Assembly (NCBI GenBank): GCA_964427335.1
Contig: CAYRSW010000003.1
Location: 4,902-41,172 of the forward strand
Length of the DNA stretch: 36,271 nt
Source of the DNA: an uncultured Candidatus Saccharibacteria bacterium
GTDB taxonomy: Bacteria; Patescibacteriota; Minisyncoccia; CAYRSW01
Reading direction: 5' to 3'
Each line of letters begins with the position of its first letter. Position 1 is the first letter of the stretch. Positions 26,077-33,902 of the stretch are shown here, one piece after another. The notes below the pieces were generated by a model, which had not been told where the DNA came from, did no database searches, and saw only the letters and a list, made by a program, of their open reading frames with translations. Made by a program: the position numbers and the translations under genes.

Positions 26077-26666
26077 GAAAGGTTTTACTTGCTACTAGAA
26101 ACAAGGGGAAAGCTCGAGAGATAAAGAAGATTTTGGGTAGTTTGCCGGTTCAACTATTAAATCTTGATGACCTTAAAATTAACACTGAAGTGGCGGAAAC
26201 TGGTTCTACCTTTGAGGAAAATGCTGTTCTTAAGGCGACTAAATATGCCGAAATAGCAGGGATTCTGACAATGGCTGAAGATTCTGGCTTAGAAGTTGAT
26301 GCTTTAGCTGGTGAGCCGGGAGTGCTTTCTGCCCGATATTGTCCCGGGGAAGACAAAGATAGAACTAATTTGGTGCTTAATAACCTTAAAGGAGTTCCTC
26401 CCCGGAAGCGAACAGCTCGATTTCGCTGCGTGGTGGCTATTTATGAACCCAAAACTAAAATTCTTAAAACTTGCCAAGGGAAAATGGAGGGAATAATTAC
26501 CGAAGCTCCTCGAGGTGGAAACGGCTTTGGCTACGACCCAATTTTTTATCTGCCCAAATTCAAAAAAACAAACGCCGAAATTAGTATGGAAGAAAAAAAC
26601 AAAATAAGCCATCGGGGTGGGGGATTTAGAAAGGCAAAAGAAATAATAAAGAATCTAATATGCTAG
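26073..26666 (+). CDS. rdgB: Non-canonical purine NTP pyrophosphatase (RdgB/HAM1 family)
   Basis: LATRNKGKAREI, EDSGLEVDALAGEPGVLSARY, GGNGFGYDPIF, KNKISHRG. ATGA overlap with lysS. Confidence 0.88.
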   Translation: MRKVLLATRNKGKAREIKKILGSLPVQLLNLDDLKINTEVAETGSTFEENAVLKATKYAEIAGILTMAEDSGLEVDALAGEPGVLSARYCPGEDKDRTNLVLNNLKGVPPRKRTARFRCVVAIYEPKTKILKTCQGKMEGIITEAPRGGNGFGYDPIFYLPKFKKTNAEISMEEKNKISHRGGGFRKAKEIIKNLIC

Positions 26667-27934
26667 ACATAAAATTCATTAGAGAGAATCCAGATAAAGT
26701 TAAAGAGGGTTGCCAAAAAAAGCAGGTCAAGATTGATATTGATAAGCTTTTGGAGTTGGATGAGAAGCGGCGAAAATTATTACAGGATATTGAGGCCTTG
26801 AGGGCAGAGAAGAATAAGGCCTCGGAGAAAATTGCAAAAGCTAAGCCAAAAGAGAAGATTAAACTTATTAATGAGATGAAAGAAGTAGATGCTAAAACTG
26901 ACCATCTGGAGCCAGGATTGAAAAAGGTTGAAGAAGAGTTTAATAAACTAATGCTTCAAGTGCCCAATATGCCCTTGGATGAGGTGCCGGTGGGAAAAGA
27001 TGAGAGTGAGAATAAGGTAGTCCGCGAGGTAGGGGAGAAGTCCAAATTTGACTTCAAGCCGAAGAGTTATTTAGAAATTGCTGAGAAATTAGACTTAATC
27101 GATGTTAAAAGAGCAGCCAAGGTTTCAGGAAGTCGTTTCGGCTACCTGAAGAAAGAAGCAGTTCTACTTGAATTCGCCTTAATAAATTTTGTTTTTGACA
27201 CCTTGCTAAAAGAAAAGTTTATTCCAGTTGTTCCTCCGGTAATGTTAAAACCGGAAATGTTAGAAAGAACGGGTCATCTTAGCGAAAAAGATCGTCCGGA
27301 GAGATATTTTATTGAAAAAGATAATCTATATTTAGCAGGAACTGCTGAACAACCGATTGCCGCTATGCACGCTGACGAAATTTTTGACGAAAAAGATTTA
27401 CCACGCAGATACCTTGGCTTTTCAACTTGTTTTCGACGAGAGGCTGGAGCCTATGGGAAGGATACCAAGGGAATTTTAAGGGTTCATCAATTTGATAAAG
27501 TGGAGATGTTTAGTTTTTGTCGTCCGGAAAAGTCAAAAGAAGAGCATCAGCTTTTCTTGTCCTGTGAAGAAAAAATAGTACAACTCTTAAAAATTCCTTA
27601 TCGGGTAGTACAAATTTGCACAGGAGACCTTGCATTTCCGGCGGTCGCCGCTTACGACATAGAGGCCTGGTTGCCTAGTGAGAATAAGTACCGTGAGACT
27701 CATAGCGCCTTTAACGATACCGACTTTCAAACCAGAAGATTAAATATTCGTTATCGACGAACCGAAGATAGAAAACTTGAATTTACACATGCTTTAAATG
27801 GGACAGCTTTAGCAATCGGAAGAGCAATTATTGCCATCATTGAAAACTACCAACAAGAAGATGGGTCGGTAAGAATTCCAGAAGTTTTAAAACCATATTT
27901 GGGAGGTTTGGAAGTAATAAAAGCCGGGGCATAG
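26660..27934 (+). CDS. serS: Seryl-tRNA synthetase
   Basis: N-terminal coiled-coil arm, then CFRREAGAYGKDTKGILRVHQFDKVE (motif 2) and NGTALAIGRAIIAIIENYQ (motif 3). Confidence 0.92.
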   Translation: MLDIKFIRENPDKVKEGCQKKQVKIDIDKLLELDEKRRKLLQDIEALRAEKNKASEKIAKAKPKEKIKLINEMKEVDAKTDHLEPGLKKVEEEFNKLMLQVPNMPLDEVPVGKDESENKVVREVGEKSKFDFKPKSYLEIAEKLDLIDVKRAAKVSGSRFGYLKKEAVLLEFALINFVFDTLLKEKFIPVVPPVMLKPEMLERTGHLSEKDRPERYFIEKDNLYLAGTAEQPIAAMHADEIFDEKDLPRRYLGFSTCFRREAGAYGKDTKGILRVHQFDKVEMFSFCRPEKSKEEHQLFLSCEEKIVQLLKIPYRVVQICTGDLAFPAVAAYDIEAWLPSENKYRETHSAFNDTDFQTRRLNIRYRRTEDRKLEFTHALNGTALAIGRAIIAIIENYQQEDGSVRIPEVLKPYLGGLEVIKAGA

Positions 27935-27959
27935 CTTAGTCCGGCTTAAAGCGCTGGCG

Positions 27960-27994
27960 AAAATTATATTTTCAATAATTGAAAATATAATTTT
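27960..27994. repeat. Perfect 17-bp AT-only inverted repeat with a 1-nt centre
   Basis: AAAATTATATTTTCAAT-A-ATTGAAAATATAATTTT. It is preceded by a GC hairpin, AAGCCGG (27921-27927) pairing with CCGGCTT (27941-27947), that encloses the serS stop codon. Confidence 0.9.
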
Positions 27995-28058
27995 GGGAGT
28001 TATAGAGATCGAAATCAATTTATTTTTTCAGATAGAGTCTTATATAAGTAATTTGCAC

Positions 28059-28087
28059 TTGCTGTATAGCGCGAGATACGTTATAAT
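28059..28087 (+). promoter_or_regulatory. Promoter for the orphan ORF (TTGCTG-N17-TATAAT)
   Basis: TTGCTG at 28059-28064, a 17-nt spacer, consensus TATAAT at 28082-28087. The ATG at 28094 lies 6 nt after the -10 with no SD. Confidence 0.5.
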
Positions 28088-28093
28088 TTTTGT

Positions 28094-28504
28094 ATGCATT
28101 ATACCACCAGACAAATCGTTGGTTTAATTCTATGGTGGACGGAAGGAACTAGATCTCGACGAGACAAAAGATGGAAGAACGCTGTCTCTTATCCAATCGA
28201 AATAACTAATACAGATCCGGAGATAATTAGAATTTTTTTGGATTTTTTAAGAAATGATATTGGTATTATCGAAGAAAGACTAAAATTACAGTTGCAAATT
28301 CACGAAGATAATGACTTAAAAAAGTGCGAGAAATATTGGTCAGGAATAACCAAAATACCAAGATCTCGCTTTAATAAGACTATTATTAGACCTCTAGGAA
28401 AGAAACGAGGAAAAACAGAAGGAACGTGTAAAATAAGGTACACTGATAAAAAAACTTATTATAAATTATTAGGTTTCTTAAAGGATATCCTTAACCAACT
28501 ATAA
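28094..28504 (+). CDS. Orphan 136-aa basic protein, tentatively a single-motif LAGLIDADG-like homing-endonuclease fold
   Basis: QIVGLILWWTEGT near the N-terminus resembles a LAGLIDADG/..GLxxGEG block ending in an acidic-Gly pair. It is followed by PIEITNTDPEIIRIFLDFLRNDIGI, a pattern typical after that motif. Lys/Arg-rich C-terminal half. It has its own promoter. The assignment is by eye only. Confidence 0.3.
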   Translation: MHYTTRQIVGLILWWTEGTRSRRDKRWKNAVSYPIEITNTDPEIIRIFLDFLRNDIGIIEERLKLQLQIHEDNDLKKCEKYWSGITKIPRSRFNKTIIRPLGKKRGKTEGTCKIRYTDKKTYYKLLGFLKDILNQL

Positions 28505-28510
28505 AATAAA

Positions 28511-28587
28511 CGGAGCGTAGCCTAGTGGCTTAAGGCGCCGCCTTTGGGAGGCGGAGATCCCGGGTTCAAATCCCGGCGCTCCGACCA
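28511..28587 (+). tRNA. tRNA-Pro (anticodon UGG) with genomically encoded CCA
   Basis: Hand-folded cloverleaf. Acceptor stem: CGGAGCG (28511-17) with CGCTCCG (28577-83). D stem: GCCT with AGGC. Anticodon stem: CCGCC with GGCGG, loop TT-TGG-GA (anticodon at 28545-47). 5-nt variable loop. T stem: CCGGG with CCCGG, loop TTCAAAT. Discriminator A, then CCA at 28585-87. Confidence 0.92.
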
Positions 28588-28600
28588 TTATAAATATTTT

Positions 28601-28623
28601 TTCCCGAGGCTTAGCCTCGGGAA
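28601..28623. repeat. 10-bp hairpin immediately 3' of the tRNA (copy 1 of a related pair)
   Basis: TTCCCGAGGC-TTA-GCCTCGGGAA, with T-run upstream and A-run downstream, so it is not a canonical terminator on either strand. Confidence 0.7.
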
Positions 28624-28636
28624 AATAACAAAAACT

Positions 28637-29026
28637 ATGACTAACAAAATTATGGCAATTGCTTTGATCGTTTTGGACCTGAAAAAAGCGATTGACTTTT
28701 ACCAAAACAAGCTTGGTCTAAAACTCAAAACTAATGAAGAAGGCTTTGCTGATTTTGAAACTGAAGGCGCAACTTTGGCACTTTTAGAAAAGAAAGTTGC
28801 TGAAGATTTAGCCGGCAAAGGAAAGGTAAGCGCCGACGCAAATTTACCACGTCCCGCAATTTTGGGTTGGGACGCAGTTGAAGATGTAAACGCTCTATAC
28901 AAAGAACTTAAAGAAAAGGGTGTTGAATTTACAGTTGAGCCAAAAACAATGTCTTGGGGTCAAAGAGTTGCCTATTTTTCCGATCCTGACGGCAACCTTT
29001 GGGAAATTTCTCAATGGACAAAGTAA
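28637..29026 (+). CDS. VOC-family (glyoxalase / bleomycin-resistance / dioxygenase fold) protein
   Basis: I take the start at ATG 28637 because the listed 28544 start runs through the tRNA. VLDLKKAIDFYQNKLGL..FSDPDGNLWEI is the typical VOC pattern. About 129 aa. Confidence 0.75.
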   Translation: MTNKIMAIALIVLDLKKAIDFYQNKLGLKLKTNEEGFADFETEGATLALLEKKVAEDLAGKGKVSADANLPRPAILGWDAVEDVNALYKELKEKGVEFTVEPKTMSWGQRVAYFSDPDGNLWEISQWTK

Positions 29027-30003
29027 GAGCTACCAAATTAAATAATCAGACAAAATTGGAAATAACCCCAACAACGCCTTTTTATTTTGATTCAACTTTT
29101 CATAAACCGGACCATTTTCCGACGGGTGATACAAAATGGGAGTCGGGCAAGAGATGGCAAACAATGCTGTGGGAGGGAGAGAAGTTGGGGTTGATTTTTG
29201 AAGATAAAGGCACTAAGCAAAAACCAAGAGTATCTGTAAGGATTTTTTCTTCCAAGAAGTTAACGCCAAAATTTCTAAATTCATTTAAGCAGGAAATTAT
29301 CTGGAGATATAATCTAAATCTTGACCTCTCTGGATTTTACCGTGACGTTAGCAAAGACTCTTTACTAAAGCCGATCATCAAAAAATTTCGGGGCTTGCGG
29401 CCTATGCATCCAGGGTCACTTTACGAGTATTTCATTATCGCCATCGTTTTACAAAACACTACTGTTAGAAGAAGCGTATATATGATGCAAGCCCTTTTTG
29501 AGAATTACGGACGTTTATTGAAATTTGATAATCAGAGATTTTGGTATTTTTGGGAGCCAAGGATTTTAGCAAAAGCAAGTGAACAAAAATTACGAGATTT
29601 AAAAATGGGTTATCGAGCAAAATCCTTAATTAAAATTTCAGAGCCATTCGCCAAAGGAAAAATTAATGAGTTGGAGTTCAGACAAAAAAGCGCAGAAGAA
29701 CAAGAAGAAATGCTTATATCTCTTTACGGAATTGGTCCCGCTTCGGTCGGCTATATTATGCTTGATGTCTTTCATCGTTGGGATTATTTGAATCATATCT
29801 CGCCTTGGGAACAAAAGATTTACACCAAAATTTTTTTCAATAAAGACTACGAAAAAAATTTAGTGCCGGTTGATAAAATGCTTAAACATTTTGACAAGTG
29901 GGGTAAGTGGAAAAATTTAGCGGTTCATTATGTTTGGGAAGATATTTGGTGGAAGCGTCGAAATGAGCACATTCCTTGGCTTGAGAAGCTTATTCGGCTC
30001 TGA
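28999..30003 (+). CDS. HhH-GPD superfamily DNA glycosylase (AlkA-like architecture)
   Basis: Helix-hairpin-helix LISLYGIGPASVGYIMLDVF, preceded by YEYFIIAIVLQNTTVRRSVYMMQALF, with an N-terminal AlkA_N-like extension. The start could be 28999 or ATG 29014; both overlap the VOC gene end. Confidence 0.6.
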   Translation: MGNFSMDKVRATKLNNQTKLEITPTTPFYFDSTFHKPDHFPTGDTKWESGKRWQTMLWEGEKLGLIFEDKGTKQKPRVSVRIFSSKKLTPKFLNSFKQEIIWRYNLNLDLSGFYRDVSKDSLLKPIIKKFRGLRPMHPGSLYEYFIIAIVLQNTTVRRSVYMMQALFENYGRLLKFDNQRFWYFWEPRILAKASEQKLRDLKMGYRAKSLIKISEPFAKGKINELEFRQKSAEEQEEMLISLYGIGPASVGYIMLDVFHRWDYLNHISPWEQKIYTKIFFNKDYEKNLVPVDKMLKHFDKWGKWKNLAVHYVWEDIWWKRRNEHIPWLEKLIRL

Positions 30004-30010
30004 AGTTAAT

Positions 30011-30048
30011 TTCCACGAGGCTTCTATAAGGCTAAGTCTTGGGGAAAA
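30011..30048. repeat. Degenerate second copy of the 28601 hairpin
   Basis: TTCCACGAGGCTT..(CTATAAGGCT)..AAGTCTTGGGGAAAA compared with TTCCCGAGGCTTAGCCTCGGGAAAA. The same ends are kept, and the stem is maintained with G-U pairs and one mismatch. Confidence 0.5.
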
Positions 30049-30070
30049 TTAGTGACAGGATATTAAAAAA

Positions 30071-30091
30071 GCGGTCTTTAAAGCCGCTTTT
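30071..30091 (+). terminator. Small rho-independent terminator after the glycosylase gene
   Basis: GCGGTCTT / AAGCCGC stem (one bulge), flanked by AAAAAA upstream and TTTT downstream. Confidence 0.55.
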
Positions 30092-30099
30092 CGGTGTTC

Positions 30100-30119
30100 G
30101 AAACCTGACTGAAACCTGA
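30100..30119 (+). promoter_or_regulatory. Tandem direct repeat GAAACCTGA-CT-GAAACCTGA (candidate operator of clpC)
   Basis: Perfect 9-mers at 30100-30108 and 30111-30119 (period 11 nt). The second copy covers the -35 position of the predicted clpC promoter. Confidence 0.45.
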
Positions 30120-30131
30120 TTTCAATTTATA

Positions 30132-30140
30132 TGCTAATAT
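30132..30140 (+). promoter_or_regulatory. Extended -10 element (TGcTAATAT) for clpC
   Basis: TGCTAATAT lies about 50 nt upstream of the SD GGAGG (30183-30187). No good -35 hexamer is present, which is consistent with an extended -10 promoter. Confidence 0.4.
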
Positions 30141-30190
30141 TCTAAGATAAGAAGTACCTTTAAAAAATTTTGATAAGATGACGGAGGTTA

Positions 30191-32668
30191 ATGATGAATT
30201 TTACGCCAGAAGTAGCCAAAGCGATCACGTTGGCTAAAAAAGAAGCGATGAGACTTGAAGATGACTCAGTGGGCACCGAACATCTGCTTTTAGGTCTTCT
30301 TCACCAAAGAGATATAGTAGCTACTCAAGTTTTAAGGGAATTGGGAGTGGACAGAACGCGAGTATATGAGATTATAGAATCTATGAAAGAGGGGATGGGT
30401 GGAGGAATTATTTCTCCTTCTAAGGGATTCTTTTCGGAATTCTTTCAACCAGAGTTTAATGAAGAATCTCATATAGCTATACGGAGAGCAATTCTATATG
30501 CAAGGGATGCGGGCATTATTAACACCGAACATCTCTTAATAGGATTAATTGGAGGAGGGTGCGTCGCTGGAGGAGGGACTACCGCTGCTCAGATTCTAAC
30601 AAAGCTTGGAGTAAATTTACAAGGATTAAAAGAGAGGGTTCTTATTCTTCTGAAAGAAAAAGGGAAAGAAAAAGAAACAAAACCTTCTCTTCATGAAGAA
30701 GCTGGGACCGTTCGGACATCAACACCAATACTTGATCAATTCGGCCGTGATTTGACTGCTTTGGCAAAAGAGGGGAAATTGGATCCGGTGATTGGTCGGA
30801 AGAAAGAAATTGAACGACTAATGCAAATACTTTGTCGGCGAACCAAGAGCAACCCAGTTCTTATCGGAGAAGCTGGGGTAGGAAAAACTGCTATCGCAGA
30901 AGGACTAGCTCAAAAAATTGCTAAGAGTGAAGTTCCTGAAGTTCTCGCAAATAAAAGAGTAGTTACTATGGAGCTAGGAGGAATAGTAGCGGGAACGATA
31001 TATCGGGGAGAGTTCGAGAAACGGATGGAGGAAATATTAAGGGAAATAAGAGCTGCAAAAAATATAATTCTCTTTATAGATGAAGTTCACACTTTAATTG
31101 GAGCTGGAGGAGCTCAAGGAGCTATAGATGCCTCAAATATTTTAAAGCCAGCATTGGCCAGAGGAGAACTTCAGTGTATCGGAGCAACAACCCTAAACGA
31201 GTATCGTAAGTATATAGAAAAAGATTCTGCACTGGAGCGGAGATTTCAGCCAATAATGGTGCTGGAGCCAACAGTTAAGGAAACTATTGAGATCCTCAAA
31301 GGTTTAAGAGATAAATATGAGGTCTTTCACGGAGTAAAAATTACCGACGGAGCAATCACGGCTGCAGTGAAGAATTCCCATCGATATATTCAGGATAGAT
31401 TTTTACCTGATAAAGCTATTGATGTGATGGACGAAGCAGCAGCCAGAACGAAACTTAAAACTAGAATTGTTCCGGAAGAGGTTAAAAAACTAGAAAGAGA
31501 GATTGAACAGGTTGAAAAGGAAAAAGATGCAACAGTAAAAGCTCAAGAATATGAAAAAGCAGCCGATATTAGAGAGAAGAGAAATGAATTAAAAGAAAAA
31601 CTTGAACAAAAAAAAGCACAATGGGCCCAAAATAAAGAAAGCCAAGCCCCAGAAGTTACGGAAAAAGAAGTTGCTGATATTGTTTCCAGCTGGATGGGTA
31701 TTCCTCTTCAGGATTTGACTGAGGAAGAACAGATGAAGCTTATCCGCATGGAAGAAACTCTAAAAGAAGCAGTTATTGGCCAGAACGAAGCAGTAAAGAT
31801 AATTTCACAGTCTATTCGGCGCGTTAGAGCTGGAGTGAAGAGTATCAAACGACCAGTAGGAGTTTTCTTCTTTATCGGTCCTACCGGCGTTGGAAAAACC
31901 TATTTGGCTAAAAACTTGGCCAAGTTCCTGTTTGGGAAAGAAGAAGCCTTAATTCAGCTCGATATGTCTGAATATATGGAAAAATTCAATGTCTCCCGAC
32001 TTATTGGTGCTCCGCCTGGTTATGTAGGATATCAAGAAGGAGGAGAACTAACTGAAAAAGTAAGGCGTCAGCCCTATTCGGTAATTCTTCTGGATGAAAT
32101 AGAAAAGGCGCACCCCGATGTATACAATATTCTGCTTCAGATTATGGACGACGGTCGGCTTTCTGATAATTTAGGACACTCAGTGGATTTTAGAAATACG
32201 GTTCTCATTATGACTTCTAATTTAGGAACAGAGCAGTTAATAAAAGGGGCTAAGGTAGGATTTGAAGCAGACCAAGAGAAGGGTTTATCTTATCGGGATA
32301 TTAGAAATCAGGTTCTAGCTGAATTTAAAAAGAGTTTTCGTCCCGAATTTTTGAATCGGCTAGATGAAGTTGTTGTTTTTCACATTTTAGGTAAGAAAGA
32401 AATTAAGAAAATTGTTGATTTGATGCTTGATGGGGTAGGGGAGGCGCTTGGAGAGAAAGGAATTAAACTTAAGGTTACCGAGCCGGCAAAAGACCTTATC
32501 GTTGAGCAGGGATACGACCCAGACTTTGGAGCACGACCCCTAAGAAGAACCATTCAGAGATTGATAGAGAATCCTTTGAGCGAAAAAATTCTTGCCGGAA
32601 AGTTTAAAGAAGGAGATACTATTCGAATATCTATGAAAGAGGAAGGTATTGTTTTTGATAATAAATAA
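30191..32668 (+). CDS. clpC: ATP-dependent Clp protease ATP-binding subunit ClpC (class I AAA+)
   Basis: Two Clp_N repeats ([10 protein letters not shown] / [10 protein letters not shown]), Walker [10 protein letters not shown] and GPTGVGKT, a UVR-like linker ([23 protein letters not shown]), and sensor-2 GARPLRR. Start is at ATG 30191 or 30194. Confidence 0.9.
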   Translation: MMNFTPEVAKAITLAKKEAMRLEDDSVGTEHLLLGLLHQRDIVATQVLRELGVDRTRVYEIIESMKEGMGGGIISPSKGFFSEFFQPEFNEESHIAIRRAILYARDAGIINTEHLLIGLIGGGCVAGGGTTAAQILTKLGVNLQGLKERVLILLKEKGKEKETKPSLHEEAGTVRTSTPILDQFGRDLTALAKEGKLDPVIGRKKEIERLMQILCRRTKSNPVLIGEAGVGKTAIAEGLAQKIAKSEVPEVLANKRVVTMELGGIVAGTIYRGEFEKRMEEILREIRAAKNIILFIDEVHTLIGAGGAQGAIDASNILKPALARGELQCIGATTLNEYRKYIEKDSALERRFQPIMVLEPTVKETIEILKGLRDKYEVFHGVKITDGAITAAVKNSHRYIQDRFLPDKAIDVMDEAAARTKLKTRIVPEEVKKLEREIEQVEKEKDATVKAQEYEKAADIREKRNELKEKLEQKKAQWAQNKESQAPEVTEKEVADIVSSWMGIPLQDLTEEEQMKLIRMEETLKEAVIGQNEAVKIISQSIRRVRAGVKSIKRPVGVFFFIGPTGVGKTYLAKNLAKFLFGKEEALIQLDMSEYMEKFNVSRLIGAPPGYVGYQEGGELTEKVRRQPYSVILLDEIEKAHPDVYNILLQIMDDGRLSDNLGHSVDFRNTVLIMTSNLGTEQLIKGAKVGFEADQEKGLSYRDIRNQVLAEFKKSFRPEFLNRLDEVVVFHILGKKEIKKIVDLMLDGVGEALGEKGIKLKVTEPAKDLIVEQGYDPDFGARPLRRTIQRLIENPLSEKILAGKFKEGDTIRISMKEEGIVFDNK

Positions 32669-32685
32669 AGAATAAAGCAAGTTTA

Positions 32686-32722
32686 AAGGGCTTTATCCTG
32701 AGATAAGAGCCCTTTTCTTTTT
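32686..32722 (+). terminator. Rho-independent terminator after clpC
   Basis: AAGGGCTTTATC (32686-97) pairs with GATAAGAGCCCTT (32702-14) with one bulge, followed by the T-run TTTTCTTTTT. Confidence 0.75.
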
Positions 32723-32750
32723 GGGTTGAGTATGGTAAAATTGAATTACT

Positions 32751-33902
32751 ATGAAAAAAAGTCAAGAGTTTTTAAGAACTTGGGTTGAGATTAGTAAAAG
32801 TGCTCTTATCCATAACATAGGGCAATTTAAGAAATTGATTAAGCCGCGGGTGAAGCTTATGGCGGTGGTTAAAGCCAATGCTTATGGTCATGGATTAGTA
32901 AAGACTTCAAAAATTGCCGCAAAGGCTGGGGCTAATTGGTTAGGAGTTGACTCAATAGATGAAGCCCTAGATTTAAGAAAGGCGAAGGTTAAGACGCCGA
33001 TTTTAGTTTTAGGTTATGTGCCGCAGTCTCGGTTGGGGGAGGTGATAACTAATAACATTAAGCTTACTTGTTATAATCTTGAGACTATAGAAATATTAGG
33101 AAAACTTGCTCCAAAACTTGAAAAAGTTGCCCATATCCATCTGAAAATAGAGACTGGGACTAATCGGCAAGGAGTAGAGCCGGAGGCGATTCCCGAGTTT
33201 ATTAAGCTTATCAATGAGTATCCATTTGTTAGGTTAGAAGGAATTTCTACTCATTTTGCTAATGCCGAAATCCCAAGTTCTTCTTTTACAAAAGGACAAC
33301 TGGTTAAATTTAGGCAAGCAATTAAAATTTTCCAAAATTATAAAATTAATATTCCCGTTAAACATACAGCCTGCACCGCAGCCGTTATTGCTTTTGAAGA
33401 AACTCTCTTTGACATGGTTAGAGTTGGTATTGGTTTATATGGTCTTTGGCCGTCTATAGCAATCAAAAATTTAGTTAGTAAGAAGAAAAACATCAAATTC
33501 CAGCTAAAACCTGTGCTTAGCTGGAAAACAAAAGTAGCTCAAGTGAAATTTTTAAAGAAGGATTCTCCAATTGGATACGGATGTCAGGAATCAGTAGTTC
33601 GTGATTCAAAAATAGCTGTTTTACCGGTGGGATACGCCGATGGTTACGACCGCAAATTTTCCAGTATTGGTAATGTATTAATAAAGGGCAAGCGAGCAAA
33701 AGTTCTGGGGCGCGTTTGTATGAATATGACGATGGTGGATGTAACGAATATAAAGGATGTTGGGCTTGAAGAAGAGGTTGTGCTCTTGGGCAGACAAGGC
33801 AGTGAAGAAATTAGTGCTCAAGATTTAGCAGGAAAACTGGAAACAATAAATTATGAAGTAGTCTCAAGGATAAATCCGTTAGTGCCAAGAATTTATGTCT
33901 AA
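32751..33902 (+). CDS. alr: Alanine racemase
   Basis: PLP-lysine motif AVVKANAYGHG, plus ..GYADGY.. and NYEVVSRI near the C-terminus. An upstream TGGTAAAAT (32733-32741) extended -10 lies 9 nt before the ATG. Confidence 0.9.
   Translation: MKKSQEFLRTWVEISKSALIHNIGQFKKLIKPRVKLMAVVKANAYGHGLVKTSKIAAKAGANWLGVDSIDEALDLRKAKVKTPILVLGYVPQSRLGEVITNNIKLTCYNLETIEILGKLAPKLEKVAHIHLKIETGTNRQGVEPEAIPEFIKLINEYPFVRLEGISTHFANAEIPSSSFTKGQLVKFRQAIKIFQNYKINIPVKHTACTAAVIAFEETLFDMVRVGIGLYGLWPSIAIKNLVSKKKNIKFQLKPVLSWKTKVAQVKFLKKDSPIGYGCQESVVRDSKIAVLPVGYADGYDRKFSSIGNVLIKGKRAKVLGRVCMNMTMVDVTNIKDVGLEEEVVLLGRQGSEEISAQDLAGKLETINYEVVSRINPLVPRIYV

Noticed and set aside
10380-26700. T-box or other riboswitch leaders upstream of the aminoacyl-tRNA synthetase genes (proS, lysS, serS).
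   Set aside because: proS starts 4 nt after rseP and serS overlaps rdgB. The lysS upstream region is 78 nt and is occupied by a terminator and a promoter. There is no room for a leader of about 200 nt.
28499-28705. A minus-strand 68-aa ORF, and the 28544 start of the plus-strand ORF; both overlap the tRNA-Pro gene.
   Set aside because: The sequence folds into a complete canonical cloverleaf. The VOC-fold similarity only begins after the ATG at 28637.
30100-30119. A genuine CtsR box, or a CIRCE element, upstream of clpC.
   Set aside because: The sequence does not match either consensus as I remember them. Only the architecture (a tandem direct repeat on the promoter) is analogous, so it is reported as an unknown operator instead.
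28511-30190. A classical tRNA-integrated genomic island or prophage remnant.
   Set aside because: There is no integrase or recombinase, and no duplicated tRNA 3' end at the far boundary. The GTTCGAAACC string at about 30096 has only a 3-bp stem. Only the weaker bracketing-hairpin observation is retained.
30551-30586. A tandem imperfect 18-nt duplication in the clpC N-domain (GGAGGAGGGTGCGTCGCT / GGAGGAGGGACTACCGCT, encoding [12 protein letters not shown]).
   Set aside because: This is an ordinary in-frame slippage duplication in a Gly-rich loop between Clp_N helices. It has no flanking repeats or palindrome and no similarity to the ddl insert.
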